Made by a program: the position numbers and the translations under genes. Shown in pieces: positions 25,699 through 35,322 of a DNA stretch of 64,000 bases. Position 1 is the stretch's first letter, and every line of letters begins with the position of its first letter. The stretch is from positions 256,001 to 320,000 of the forward strand of contig JBKAGE010000034.1 of assembly GCA_046290225.1 (NCBI GenBank). The letters run 5' to 3'. This DNA comes from Bradymonadia bacterium. Lineage in GTDB: Bacteria > Myxococcota_A > Bradymonadia > UBA7976 > UBA1532. A model generated the notes under the pieces. It had not been told where the DNA came from and did not search any database. It saw nothing but the letters and a program-made list of their open reading frames with translations.

Positions 25699-26363
25699 GC
25701 GTTGGCCTCCACGGACTGAAGATCGGTCCCACACCGCTTGCAGAACCGGGCACCGGGTCGATTCTCGGTGCCACAGGCTGCACACGAGATCACCTGAGGC
25801 GGCTCGCTCGGTGCACCACACAGATCACAGAACTCACCCTCGACATCTCGCTCACCCCCACACGACCAGCACGTCTTCGTCTGGGCTTGGGGCACGACGG
25901 GCTCTTCGGCCTGAGGCTCGGCCGCCGCCGTCTCAGGCTCAGGTGCCTTCTTCTCGAGTTTGACCTGCTCCGGGGCCGCCTCGGGCGCTTCTGCCTTCTG
26001 CTTCCCCTTGAGCCGGGTGTTCACGTCCGCGTCGATGCGATCCTGGTAGGCCTCACTGGCGGCGTCGATGCGCTCATAGACGGCCATCGCCTCCCGCTCG
26101 TATTTGGCCTTGAGCTGCTTGAGATCCCGGGCGCCGATCTTGTTGAGGGCCGCCTCGAACTCCAGCTCCTTGAGCTCGTCCACGAGGCGATCTCGCTGGG
26201 TGAGCAGCGCCATGGACTCGTCTTCCACCGCCTGCAGATCGTCGACGGTGACCCGCGTGGTGTCGAGGAGCGGCTTGATGGCCTGGTAGATCAGGTACAC
26301 CGTCACCAGCCCCGAGAGCAGGGCGAGCACCTGAAAGCTGAAGAGAGACTGCAGGATAGTCAA
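25695..26363 (-). CDS. Membrane protein with CcmI-like N-terminal helix and double zinc ribbon
   Basis: TM helix, ELKELEFE…KI…D…LKAKYEREA helix, four CxxC motifs (CWSC, CDLC, CAAC, CKRC). Confidence 0.8.
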   Translation of the reverse strand: MTILQSLFSFQVLALLSGLVTVYLIYQAIKPLLDTTRVTVDDLQAVEDESMALLTQRDRLVDELKELEFEAALNKIGARDLKQLKAKYEREAMAVYERIDAASEAYQDRIDADVNTRLKGKQKAEAPEAAPEQVKLEKKAPEPETAAAEPQAEEPVVPQAQTKTCWSCGGERDVEGEFCDLCGAPSEPPQVISCAACGTENRPGARFCKRCGTDLQSVEANA

Positions 26364-26447
26364 AGTCTGGTTCTCAAAGTCTGGTTTTGAGGGGTCGAAG
26401 CTCGAGGCGTGGTGCCCGAAGCGCTCAGAAGGCCCGTCGAGGGGCTG

Positions 26448-29246
26448 CTATGCACCACTTCCGCCACTCCGGGCAAGCCCTGGAGCCTGCTCGGCGGCAA
26501 CTTTCGCCTTCGCCTGGGCCTTTCGCTTGGCCGCGGCGAAGACCGGGTAGGCCTCGGGCTCGGGCCAGACGGCGAAGACCACCCCCACCAACAACATGGC
26601 CCCGCCGATCCACATCCAGAAGATCATGGGGTTGTAGTGGGCCATGACCTCGGCGGTCTGGAAGGCCGGCCGGTACGAGATCAGGGTCAGGTAGGTGTTG
26701 CCGGTGAGCTCGTGCAGCTCGTCTTTCTCGGTGGTGGTGCGGCCGTCGAAGCGCCGCTTCACGTCAGAGCCGTAGATGCGCTGGGCGGGCCGCAGCGTGC
26801 CGTCGCGGGCAGCCTTCAAGGCGGTGACCGCCGGGGCGTTGGCCACGATCCAATCAGGCTGGATACGAGACTTGCCCAGAGCCACCATCATGTCGACGCC
26901 GCCGAGGCCGAGTCGTGCCCACTGGGCAACGAAGTCGCGGTTGGCCTTCACCCAGGCGAGGTTGCCCTGGTGCACAGCGCCCACCGTGGGCTCGGGGCCA
27001 TCTTGCACCAGCCAGCCGTAGATCACCGCGCTGTTGGTCTCGAGCCACTCCAGGGAGACCTTGCCCGCGTACATCTCGTTGAGGGCCTTCTGGCCAGCGC
27101 CGTCCACCAGGGAGGCCGCCACGGTCCAGGCGTCGAGATCAGGCAGCTTGCTCATCATGTCGGTGAGCAGCTCGAGGCTGCCGCCGTCCTTCACCCACGA
27201 CTGGATCTTCTCCTCGTCGAAGACGTCGAAGATGGCGAAATACTCGTGATATTCCTTGTAGGTCTGATCGTCGATGCCCCGGAACAGCAGACGCTTGCCC
27301 TCGAGGGTCTGTGACTGGCCCACAGAGGCGAACGACAAATCCTGCTCGGTCTTGATGCCCGTGCCCACGAAGCCGGCAAAGACGAGGGCGAAGCCGATGT
27401 GGGTGACGTAGCCCCCATACCGACGACGCTGCTTGCCAGCGAGGCGCCCCATGCTGGTGAGGTAGCTCTCGCCCGTGCTCCGGGCCCGCACCCTCGCCCC
27501 ACGGATGAACTCCCAGCACATCGTGTAGGTGACGAAGAAGATGAAGAACATGCTCACGGTGGCGTAGATGCCCACGAGCTCGGCGTCGAGGAGCAGCCGG
27601 GGCAAGTTGAAGGTGCCCTCGGGGGTGAGATCGGTGTTCGCGAGGTGCTCCTGGATGCCATAGGCGTCGAAGCCCACGAAGGCACCCGTGGCGGCCACGC
27701 AAAGCAGCAGGGGCATCATGAAGTTGCGCCGGAAGTTCGACATGGTGGCCTTGCGCCAGGGGATCAGCGGCCCGATGGCCATGAGCACCAGCAGCGCGAT
27801 GCCCGCGGGCACCATCCAGGCGTTAAACCAGGGGGCGGAGTACTTGGTCTCCCGCCAGAAGTACTCGCTGATCTTCTCCCCCACGGTGCCGAAGAGCACG
27901 ATGACCACCATGGCCATGAGCACGAGGTTGTTGAGCAGGAACACCCCTTCCCGGCTGAGCAGGCTCTCGATGCGAGACTTCTCCCGAGCCTCTTTGTCGA
28001 TGATGAGTACCCGGGCGAGCCAGAAGCCCAGGGGGCTGACGAAGAGCAGCAGCGGGCAGATGACCCCGAGCTGACCACCGGTCTGACCGCCAACGTCGTA
28101 GGCGACGAAGAAGGCGGCGAGGACGGCGCCATGGAACAGCCAGAAGGCGCCCCACATGCCCTTGGTGGCGGGCTTGAGGGCCTCTTCGGTCTTCTTGCGG
28201 CTCTTCGACGTGGTGAGGGTGAGCAGGCTGCCGTCGATGATGCGCCAGTTCAGCATGCCCATGATGAAGGTGAACAACAGGATCAGTCCGAGGACGAAGT
28301 AATCACCGATGTCGCTCTGGGCGAAGGTGTGCACCGAGTCGATGAAGCCCGCCCGGGTGAGGGCGGTGCCGAAGACCGTGAGGGCATAGGTGAGCAACAC
28401 GAGGTACATGTTCCACACCTTCAGCATGCCCCGGCGCTCCTGAATCATCACCGAGTGCAGGAAGGCGGTGGCCGACAGCCATGGCATGAAGGCGGCGTTC
28501 TCCACCGGATCCCAGCCCCAGAAACCACCCCAGCCGAGCTCCTGGTAGGCCCACATGCCACCGAAGAGGTTGCCCATGGTGAGGAAGCCCCAGCTGATGA
28601 CCGCGTAGCGTCGGGTGGTCCTGATCCAGAGGTCGTCGAGCCGGCGATGCACCAGGGCGGCGATGGCGAAGGCGAAGGGGATCGTGAACCAGACATAGCC
28701 GCTGAGGATGCTCGGCGGGTGGAAGGTCATGGCAGGGTTCTGCAGCAGGGGCTCGAGGCCCTTGCCGTCGCTGGGGGGCGCCTCGATGCCGTACTGGGCG
28801 AAGGGGTTGGCCTCCCAAATCATCAGCGCCAGGAAGAACAACTGCACCACCATCAGCACGCTGATCACGGTGGGCATCACGTCGCGGTTCTTCTGGCGGT
28901 TCTGCCAGAGCGAGATGGCGGTGATGACCCCGAGGGTCACCGACCAGAACAGCAACGACCCTTGCTGGCCGCCCCAGAAGGAAGCGATCAGGTAGTACCA
29001 GGGCATGCTGTTGTCGCTGTAACTGGCGACGTACTTGTTCTGGTAGTCGTGGTTCAGGAACGCGTGGATGAGCAGGAACGACGCTGTGACCAGCAACCCT
29101 GTGACCACATACCCGGCGCGCTCCCCGGCGAGGAGCAGACGGCCGTCTTTGCGAGACTGGCCCATCAAGCTGGCGATGAGGGCAAAGGCGGCGACGACGA
29201 AGCTCGCATGGAGCAGCGCATCGCCGATGCTGTGGATGTTGAACAT
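26448..29246 (-). CDS. ccmF: Cytochrome c heme lyase CcmF (enlarged, 932 aa)
   Basis: WGGQQGSLLFW, LQNPAMTFHPP, WAYQELGWGGFWGWDPVENA, FLHS, SVHTFA, RYGGYVTHIG, NPMIFWMWIGG. Confidence 0.95.
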   Translation of the reverse strand: MFNIHSIGDALLHASFVVAAFALIASLMGQSRKDGRLLLAGERAGYVVTGLLVTASFLLIHAFLNHDYQNKYVASYSDNSMPWYYLIASFWGGQQGSLLFWSVTLGVITAISLWQNRQKNRDVMPTVISVLMVVQLFFLALMIWEANPFAQYGIEAPPSDGKGLEPLLQNPAMTFHPPSILSGYVWFTIPFAFAIAALVHRRLDDLWIRTTRRYAVISWGFLTMGNLFGGMWAYQELGWGGFWGWDPVENAAFMPWLSATAFLHSVMIQERRGMLKVWNMYLVLLTYALTVFGTALTRAGFIDSVHTFAQSDIGDYFVLGLILLFTFIMGMLNWRIIDGSLLTLTTSKSRKKTEEALKPATKGMWGAFWLFHGAVLAAFFVAYDVGGQTGGQLGVICPLLLFVSPLGFWLARVLIIDKEAREKSRIESLLSREGVFLLNNLVLMAMVVIVLFGTVGEKISEYFWRETKYSAPWFNAWMVPAGIALLVLMAIGPLIPWRKATMSNFRRNFMMPLLLCVAATGAFVGFDAYGIQEHLANTDLTPEGTFNLPRLLLDAELVGIYATVSMFFIFFVTYTMCWEFIRGARVRARSTGESYLTSMGRLAGKQRRRYGGYVTHIGFALVFAGFVGTGIKTEQDLSFASVGQSQTLEGKRLLFRGIDDQTYKEYHEYFAIFDVFDEEKIQSWVKDGGSLELLTDMMSKLPDLDAWTVAASLVDGAGQKALNEMYAGKVSLEWLETNSAVIYGWLVQDGPEPTVGAVHQGNLAWVKANRDFVAQWARLGLGGVDMMVALGKSRIQPDWIVANAPAVTALKAARDGTLRPAQRIYGSDVKRRFDGRTTTEKDELHELTGNTYLTLISYRPAFQTAEVMAHYNPMIFWMWIGGAMLLVGVVFAVWPEPEAYPVFAAAKRKAQAKAKVAAEQAPGLARSGGSGA

Positions 29247-29380
29247 TTCGCCTCTTCTTTAGAGGTTTGCCTCTGAGGGCCCGGCGTCGAGCGCCTGCCG
29301 GTCGAGGGTTGCGTGTTGTTCTGTACGGGGTTGAGCTGTGCGTGTCGAGGGCCGGGCCCTCGGCGGAGCCTTTGCGGGCC

Positions 29381-29842
29381 TCAGGAGCCCTGCGTCATGG
29401 CCTTCTTCATCTCTTCGGGCACATCGGACCCCTCGTACTTCGAGGGGCACTTGGCCACGACCTCGGTGGCCATGAGGGTGTTGCCGGCGAGGAACTTGCC
29501 CTCGGCGACGACCTCGCCCTCTTGCTCTGCGGCCATCTCAAAGGTGTCGGGCATGGGACCGGTGTACTTCACCTGCATCTGCTTGCCCTTCTCCTGGATC
29601 ATGAAGACGTGATCTTTGGTGCCGTCTTTGTGGCGCCAGGTCCCCTTCACGATCTTGCCTTTGATGCGCACGGGCTTGTCTACGAGGCTGTCGCTCTGAG
29701 CCACGGCCTCATCTACCGTGAGGAAGTAGGCGTTGCCGTCCCCGACCATGCTGCCCACCATCATGTAGAAGACGCCCACCAGCAGCAGCAGGCCGACCAC
29801 CATGCGGATGTTTCCGCCCTTGTTCGTGCTTTCCTCGGCCAT
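29381..29842 (-). CDS. ccmE: Heme chaperone CcmE, Cys variant (CxxxY)
   Basis: N-terminal TM, YFLTVDE, YTGPMPDTF, VVAEG, VAKCPSKY. Confidence 0.92.
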   Translation of the reverse strand: MAEESTNKGGNIRMVVGLLLLVGVFYMMVGSMVGDGNAYFLTVDEAVAQSDSLVDKPVRIKGKIVKGTWRHKDGTKDHVFMIQEKGKQMQVKYTGPMPDTFEMAAEQEGEVVAEGKFLAGNTLMATEVVAKCPSKYEGSDVPEEMKKAMTQGS

Positions 29843-29930
29843 CGTGACTCCTCGTCTCTCGTCTCTTTTAAGCCCAGGCTCAATGAGCGTGGGCGTTGTG
29901 GGCGTCAGCAGTGTGCCTCAGCTGGGCACC

Positions 29931-30974
29931 TCAGCCGCCGATTCCGGTCATGCCGCTCCGGGGAGCGGTCTGCAGATCCCGCATGCGGTGGGCCACTCTC
30001 TTCCCGGTGACCGCCGCCTGAATCGCCTCAATGATGACATCATCTGGGGCTCGATTGCGAAGCATATGCAAGAACGAGACCTCTGAATCATCTGCGAGGC
30101 ACGCACGCAGCCCGCCCCTTGCAGTGAGCCGCGCACGGTTGCATGCGGCACAGAATCCATCATCGCTCATGGGGCTGATGATCCCCACCTTGTGTCCACG
30201 ATAGGGGCCATCCGTCACCGCCCAATAGGCCGCAGGGCCGTTGGGCACCTGCCCCTGAGGGCGACCCACCGACGCCAGGCTCAGCTCGCTCTGAAGGCGC
30301 TGCACCATCTCATCTGTGGGCACCACCTGATCGGGGGTGTAGGTCTCGAGCACGCCGATGGGCATCAACTCGATGAAGCGCGGTACCCAGCCCGCATCCC
30401 AGGATCGCTTACAGAAATCGACCACCTCGTGATCGTTTACGCCTCTGATCACCACGGCGTTGAGCTTGATGCCCTCGAACCCCGCCTCGCCTGCGGCCTC
30501 GAGCCCCTTGACGACCGCCTCTAGATCACCCCCTCGGGTCATCTGGGCGAACCGTTCCGTGTCGAAGCTGTCGAGGCTCACGTTGAGCCCGCGAAGCCCG
30601 GCGTCGTAGAGCTGCTCGACATAGCGCGGGAGCAGATGGCCGTTGGTGGTCATGGCCAACTGGGCGATGCCCTCGAGCGCGGCAATGTGTCGCACGAGGT
30701 CAGGGACGCCACGGCGCAAGAGCGGCTCCCCACCAGTGAGACGCACCCGCTTCAGCCCCAGGCGCGCCATGATGCCCACGAACCGCTCGATCTCTTCGAT
30801 GGTGAGCAAGTGGTCACGGGGCACCTTGGGCCAGCCCATGAGGGGCATGCAGTACCCACACCGGTAGTTGCACCGATCGGTGAGCGACACTCTCAGGTAG
30901 CTGATGCGACGCTGCCAACGATCGGTGAGCACGCCGTCGGGATCCTGGTCGATGATCGGAAGGGCGTCACCCAA
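29931..30974 (-). CDS. moaA: GTP 3',8-cyclase MoaA (start uncertain, TTG 30974 has an AGGAG RBS)
   Basis: YLRVSLTDRCNYRCGYCMP, RLTGGEP, second cluster CAACNRARL…LRACL, C-terminal IGG. Confidence 0.95.
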   Translation of the reverse strand: MGDALPIIDQDPDGVLTDRWQRRISYLRVSLTDRCNYRCGYCMPLMGWPKVPRDHLLTIEEIERFVGIMARLGLKRVRLTGGEPLLRRGVPDLVRHIAALEGIAQLAMTTNGHLLPRYVEQLYDAGLRGLNVSLDSFDTERFAQMTRGGDLEAVVKGLEAAGEAGFEGIKLNAVVIRGVNDHEVVDFCKRSWDAGWVPRFIELMPIGVLETYTPDQVVPTDEMVQRLQSELSLASVGRPQGQVPNGPAAYWAVTDGPYRGHKVGIISPMSDDGFCAACNRARLTARGGLRACLADDSEVSFLHMLRNRAPDDVIIEAIQAAVTGKRVAHRMRDLQTAPRSGMTGIGG

Positions 30975-31143
30975 TTGAGGTGTGCTCCTGGCAAAAGGTC
31001 TGGGCGGTTCAGATGCCGCAAAGCGGCCTCTCGTTTCGAGAGAGAGCCCCTCCGTTGACAGTGGCTCACCGGTGTGGAACAAGCGGCCCCTCGAAGAAGC
31101 TTCAACTGAACCTTCGAAGAATCAGTCAATGCCAGGAGGAACT

Positions 31144-31464
31144 ATGGCGGTCAAGGACACCGTGATGGGCGGCATCGGTCGCATCATGCAGAGCGATCAG
31201 GCCATGAAGCTGATGCAGAACGAAGCCTTCATGAAGGCTCTGATGAAGGGCTTCACGGTCTCCGCCGAGGCGCGGACCTTCGTGCAGAGCCAGGTACACC
31301 AGGTGGTGCGCAGCCTGCGCCTCGTGACGGCGGACGAGCTCAAGGCGGTGAAGCGCCAGCTGGAGCGCGTCGAGCGGGAGCTCGCCGAGCTTCAGCGCCG
31401 GACTGAGGATGCGCTGGTGAAAGCGGAAGAGGCCCTGGAGGTCGCTGGGGAAGAGGGCAAGTAA
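31144..31464 (+). CDS. Small coiled-coil protein, possibly phasin/PHA-granule-like
   Basis: RBS AGGAGG, 106 aa, helical, with LRLVTADELKAVKRQLERVERELAEL. Confidence 0.7.
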   Translation: MAVKDTVMGGIGRIMQSDQAMKLMQNEAFMKALMKGFTVSAEARTFVQSQVHQVVRSLRLVTADELKAVKRQLERVERELAELQRRTEDALVKAEEALEVAGEEGK

Positions 31465-31510
31465 CGCCCTCTCGAACGCGCAGGGCGCTGGCGAGCGCCC
31501 CATGAGGGCG
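31465..31510. terminator. GC-rich stem-loop between convergent genes
   Basis: CGCCCTC…GAGGGCG encloses GGGCGCT-GGCG-AGCGCCC. No U-tract. Confidence 0.4.
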
Positions 31511-31530
31511 ACGACCCTGCTCGGCTGACC

Positions 31531-33150
31531 TTACTCGTCGTCTTCGTCGAAGGCCTCTTTGAAGTCGTCGTTCGACTTCATCAGCTCTTGAATGCTCTTG
31601 GGCTGCCCGCCCCCGGCCTCGTCATCCTCATCTTCGTCGTCCTCGTCTTCGTCGTCCTCATCGTCTTCGTCCATGGCGTCGTCGAAGGCGTTGTTGGACT
31701 TCATCAGATCCTGAATGCTCTGACCGCCGTTGGCGGGCTTGCCAGCCCCGTCATCGTCGTCGTCATCGAGATCGTCATCATCGTCGTCCTCGAGGGCGCC
31801 ATCGTCGTCCGACACCACCTTGACGTCCTGTGCATCTGGGAAGGCCACGAAGAACGATTCCCCATTCAGAGCGCGAACAGGCCCCAGAGAGATCGTGGGG
31901 ACGTAGGTGATGATCAGACACGCTGCGAGCAGCAGCCCGGTAAAGGGGATCACCGAACGCACCACTGATCCGATGGACTGTTGGAATATGCTCGAAGACA
32001 CGAACAAATTAAGTCCCATCGGGGGCGTCAGATAGCCCAGCTCCAGGTTCACGATGAAGACCACCCCGAGGTGGATCGGGTCGATGCCCATCTGAGCAGC
32101 CATAGGTACCAGCAACGGCACCAGGATCATGATGGCGCTCATGATGTCCATGAGGCAGCCCACGATGAGCAGCAGACCGTTCAGGATGAGGAAGAAGGTG
32201 AAGGGGGTCAGGTCGAGGCTGGCGAGCCACTTCGCCGCTTCCTGGGGGATCTCCAGATCGGCGAGCAACCCGTTGAGGCCCACGGCCATGGCGAAGATGA
32301 CCAGCAGCGAGCCCATGAGCACGCTGGCTTCACCGACGATGCCCGGCAGATCCTTGAGCTTCACCTCACGGTGAATGAACAGCTCCACCACGAGGCTGTA
32401 GACCACGCTGATGGCGGCGGCGTCGTTGGCGGTGAAGATGCCGGAGTAGATGCCCCCGAGGATGATGACCGGGAGCATGAGGGCCCAGAAGCCATCGGCG
32501 AAGGCGTGGCCGATCTCCCGGAAGTTGGGCGTTCCGAAGCGCTCGCCCTTCTTCAAGCCCACGATCATGCAGAAGCCGCTGAGCAGCAGGCCGATGATGA
32601 TGCCGGGGCCGAGGCCCGCGAGGAACAGGTCTTCGACCTTGATGTTCCCCCCGGCGAAGATCGCGTAGACGATCATCGGGATGCTCGGGGGGATCAAGAT
32701 GCCCAGGGTGCCGGCGCTGGTGACGAGGCCCGTGCTGAACCGCTTGCTGTACCCCGCCTCGATGAGGGCCGGGTACATGACGCCGCCGATGGTGATGACG
32801 GTGACGGGGCTCGAGCCGCTGATGGCGGCGAAGAACATGCACGCCACGACGGTGGCGATGCCGAGGCCACCCGGCAAACCGCTGAACGAAGCCCGCGCCA
32901 CCCCCACGAGTCTGCTGGCGATGGCGCCGTGACTCATGATGGTGCCGGACAACACGAAGAACGGCACAGCGAGCAGCGGCGGTTTACCCGTGAGCTCGCG
33001 CATGTACTCCACAAGCTCGACGTCCATCAAGCCGCTGGCGTGACCGGTGAGCACAAAGCCCAACACGGTGATCACGCCGATGATGACGAAGAGCGGCACC
33101 GAGACAAGAAGAAGCCCCACAAGGGCCAGGACGATGATCAGGGTGGTCAA
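31531..33150 (-). CDS. dctM: TRAP transporter large permease DctM with acidic C-terminal tail
   Basis: LLAVPFFVL, FAAISGSS, GTLGILIPPSIPMIVY, GIDPIHLG, GYLTPPMGLNLF. Confidence 0.93.
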   Translation of the reverse strand: MTTLIIVLALVGLLLVSVPLFVIIGVITVLGFVLTGHASGLMDVELVEYMRELTGKPPLLAVPFFVLSGTIMSHGAIASRLVGVARASFSGLPGGLGIATVVACMFFAAISGSSPVTVITIGGVMYPALIEAGYSKRFSTGLVTSAGTLGILIPPSIPMIVYAIFAGGNIKVEDLFLAGLGPGIIIGLLLSGFCMIVGLKKGERFGTPNFREIGHAFADGFWALMLPVIILGGIYSGIFTANDAAAISVVYSLVVELFIHREVKLKDLPGIVGEASVLMGSLLVIFAMAVGLNGLLADLEIPQEAAKWLASLDLTPFTFFLILNGLLLIVGCLMDIMSAIMILVPLLVPMAAQMGIDPIHLGVVFIVNLELGYLTPPMGLNLFVSSSIFQQSIGSVVRSVIPFTGLLLAACLIITYVPTISLGPVRALNGESFFVAFPDAQDVKVVSDDDGALEDDDDDDLDDDDDDGAGKPANGGQSIQDLMKSNNAFDDAMDEDDEDDEDEDDEDEDDEAGGGQPKSIQELMKSNDDFKEAFDEDDE

Positions 33151-34112
33151 TGGGTCACCTGTCGTTCGGGCAGAGTGGGGTTCATGAAGGCGTGGATGGC
33201 GTATGCGAGGAATCGCAGACCCATGAACGCGAAGGCGATGGTCACCGAGGCGGTGATGGTCCAGGCAGGCAGGCCCGTCGCAGGCCTCACCTCGCCGCTG
33301 GCGAGGTCACCGCGAGGGCCGAAGATGGCCTCGTAAGCCAGGATGGACACATAGAGGCAAATGAGGGCGGTCACCAGCAAGCCCAAGGCCCTGGCGTAGG
33401 CCCCCATCTTGGCCGGCATGACCCGGGACAGGGCGTCGACGACGATGTGACGCTGCACCCGGGTGGCCATGCTGGCGCCGAGGAAGGCCATCCAGGCCAG
33501 CAGAATCAGCGCCAGCTCCTCAGCCCAGGTGTACCCCTCGGGCAAGAGCATCGACGCCCAACCACCGAGGGCGCCGAAGATGACCGCCAGGGCGATGCCG
33601 GCGGTCTGCTTGGCTTTCACGCTGTAGGCTAGGTAGCCCAGCATGCCCACTTCGAGGACAGAGAAGGTCACCCACTTGCTGGGCACCTTCACCACGAACT
33701 GGATCATGCCGTAGGCCCCCACGAGAGCCAGCGCCCCCCAAATCGGCCCCCACAGCTTCGGGCCTGGCGTGGCCATCCTGCGCCGCCGGGCGCCGTACAC
33801 CCCCCACCCTGCGCCAAAGGCGGTGAGGGCGAGGATGATGGGCACCACGTTGGCGTTGAGGCTCGCCAGCAGCTCGGGATCCGGCGGGCCGTCCCCTTCT
33901 GTCATCACTCCGGCGATGATCTCGCCGAGGCGGCTGCGATCGGTGGCAAATGACCGATAGATGATGCCGAGGGTGACGGTGAAGGTCATGACCAGCCCGG
34001 CAACAGTGACAAATGCCTTTTCGAAGGCGAAGAGCGCGCCGTCGAGGGTGCCCATCAACCCCGGGAGGGGTGCGGCATCGCCCTGTTCAGCTTCAGGAGG
34101 GGTACTGGCCAT
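33147..34112 (-). CDS. dctQ: TRAP transporter small permease DctQ (extended, 321 aa)
   Basis: WAEELALILLAWMAFLGASMA…RHIVVD. Lies between dctP and dctM. Confidence 0.88.
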   Translation of the reverse strand: MASTPPEAEQGDAAPLPGLMGTLDGALFAFEKAFVTVAGLVMTFTVTLGIIYRSFATDRSRLGEIIAGVMTEGDGPPDPELLASLNANVVPIILALTAFGAGWGVYGARRRRMATPGPKLWGPIWGALALVGAYGMIQFVVKVPSKWVTFSVLEVGMLGYLAYSVKAKQTAGIALAVIFGALGGWASMLLPEGYTWAEELALILLAWMAFLGASMATRVQRHIVVDALSRVMPAKMGAYARALGLLVTALICLYVSILAYEAIFGPRGDLASGEVRPATGLPAWTITASVTIAFAFMGLRFLAYAIHAFMNPTLPERQVTH

Positions 34113-34200
34113 GATCGCTCACAGTGGAGAGGAGGCGTTGGCGGAGGTGTGGGCCGAGAATCGGGCGCAGGGGGTGTACCGTGTACCCGACTGCGACGTG

Positions 34201-35223
34201 TCAGCCGCCCTTGGCCTTGATGATGGTGTCGAGGAGCTTCTTGCCGAGCTCGGAGGCGGTGTTGCGGGCCTTGTCCCAGGTGGGACGGGTCAGCTTCTTG
34301 AAGGCACCACGCTCAGCCTCGGTGAGGGTGTAGGTCTTGATGCCCTGAGCTTCCATGTTCTTGAGCAGGGCGGGACCGAGGGCGCGGATGGCCTTCATGC
34401 TCTTCTTGCCCATCTTCATACCGGGGGCGAGGATCGCCTCCTGCACGTCAGCGGGCTGAGCCTCGAGCCACTCTTTGTTGATGGCCACGACGGCGGGCTG
34501 GTAGATGTGCCGGCTCTCGGTCCAGTGATCCACGGACTGCTGCCAGCCCACGGCCTGGGTGAAGAGCAGGGTGTTGTCGAAGCCGTCGACGACGCCGGTC
34601 TTGAGGGAGGACTGCACCTCGCTCACGGCGATGGCCACGGGGCTGGCCCCGAGGGCGCGGTACATGTTGAGGTGCACCGCCGACTCCTGGCTGCGCATCT
34701 TGCGGGCCTTGAGATCAGCGGGACTCTTGATGAAGGTGCCCTTGGCGCCCCAGCTGCGGAAGCCGTTCTCCGAAAGGATCAACAGCTTGAAGCCCTTGGC
34801 CTCGAGGATCTCCTGCACGATGGGCAGAGCGGGGCCGTGGAGGATGGAGTCCACCTCTTTGTTGTTCTCGAAGAGGAACGGCAGCTCGAGGAGCTCGAGC
34901 TCCTTGACGATGGTGGCCATGGCTCCGGTGGAGACCGCTGCCCCCTGGAGCTTCCCCTTGAAGGTCTGGCGCACGATGCTCTGCTCGTCGCCCTTCACGC
35001 CGCCGGCGTAGATCTTCACCTTCACCTTGCCGTTCGAAGCCTTCTTCACGGCTTTGCGGTAGCGCTTGAGCAGCTCGGTCCAGGGGGTCTGGTTGGGGGC
35101 CACCGTGGCGATCTTGAGGACGATCTTCTCGTCTTCGGCCTGAGCGTTGGCGGCGAACATGGCGGAGAGGCCCAGGGCCAGGGCACCTACAGTGAGGGCC
35201 TTCAGTGCAGTACGCTTGAACAT
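34201..35223 (-). CDS. dctP: TRAP substrate-binding protein DctP (TatP type)
   Basis: Signal peptide (AQA-E), LKIATVAPNQTPW, YAGGVKGDE, ELPFLF, ENGFR, LKTGVVDG. Confidence 0.92.
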   Translation of the reverse strand: MFKRTALKALTVGALALGLSAMFAANAQAEDEKIVLKIATVAPNQTPWTELLKRYRKAVKKASNGKVKVKIYAGGVKGDEQSIVRQTFKGKLQGAAVSTGAMATIVKELELLELPFLFENNKEVDSILHGPALPIVQEILEAKGFKLLILSENGFRSWGAKGTFIKSPADLKARKMRSQESAVHLNMYRALGASPVAIAVSEVQSSLKTGVVDGFDNTLLFTQAVGWQQSVDHWTESRHIYQPAVVAINKEWLEAQPADVQEAILAPGMKMGKKSMKAIRALGPALLKNMEAQGIKTYTLTEAERGAFKKLTRPTWDKARNTASELGKKLLDTIIKAKGG

Positions 35224-35322
35224 ACTGAGCTCCCTTCTTGAGGGGATGAAAGATTGTGCTAGGGACACATGCGGACGGGGGGGTGCTCGGCGGGATTCAT
35301 CTCACCCCCGAGCACATGCCAC

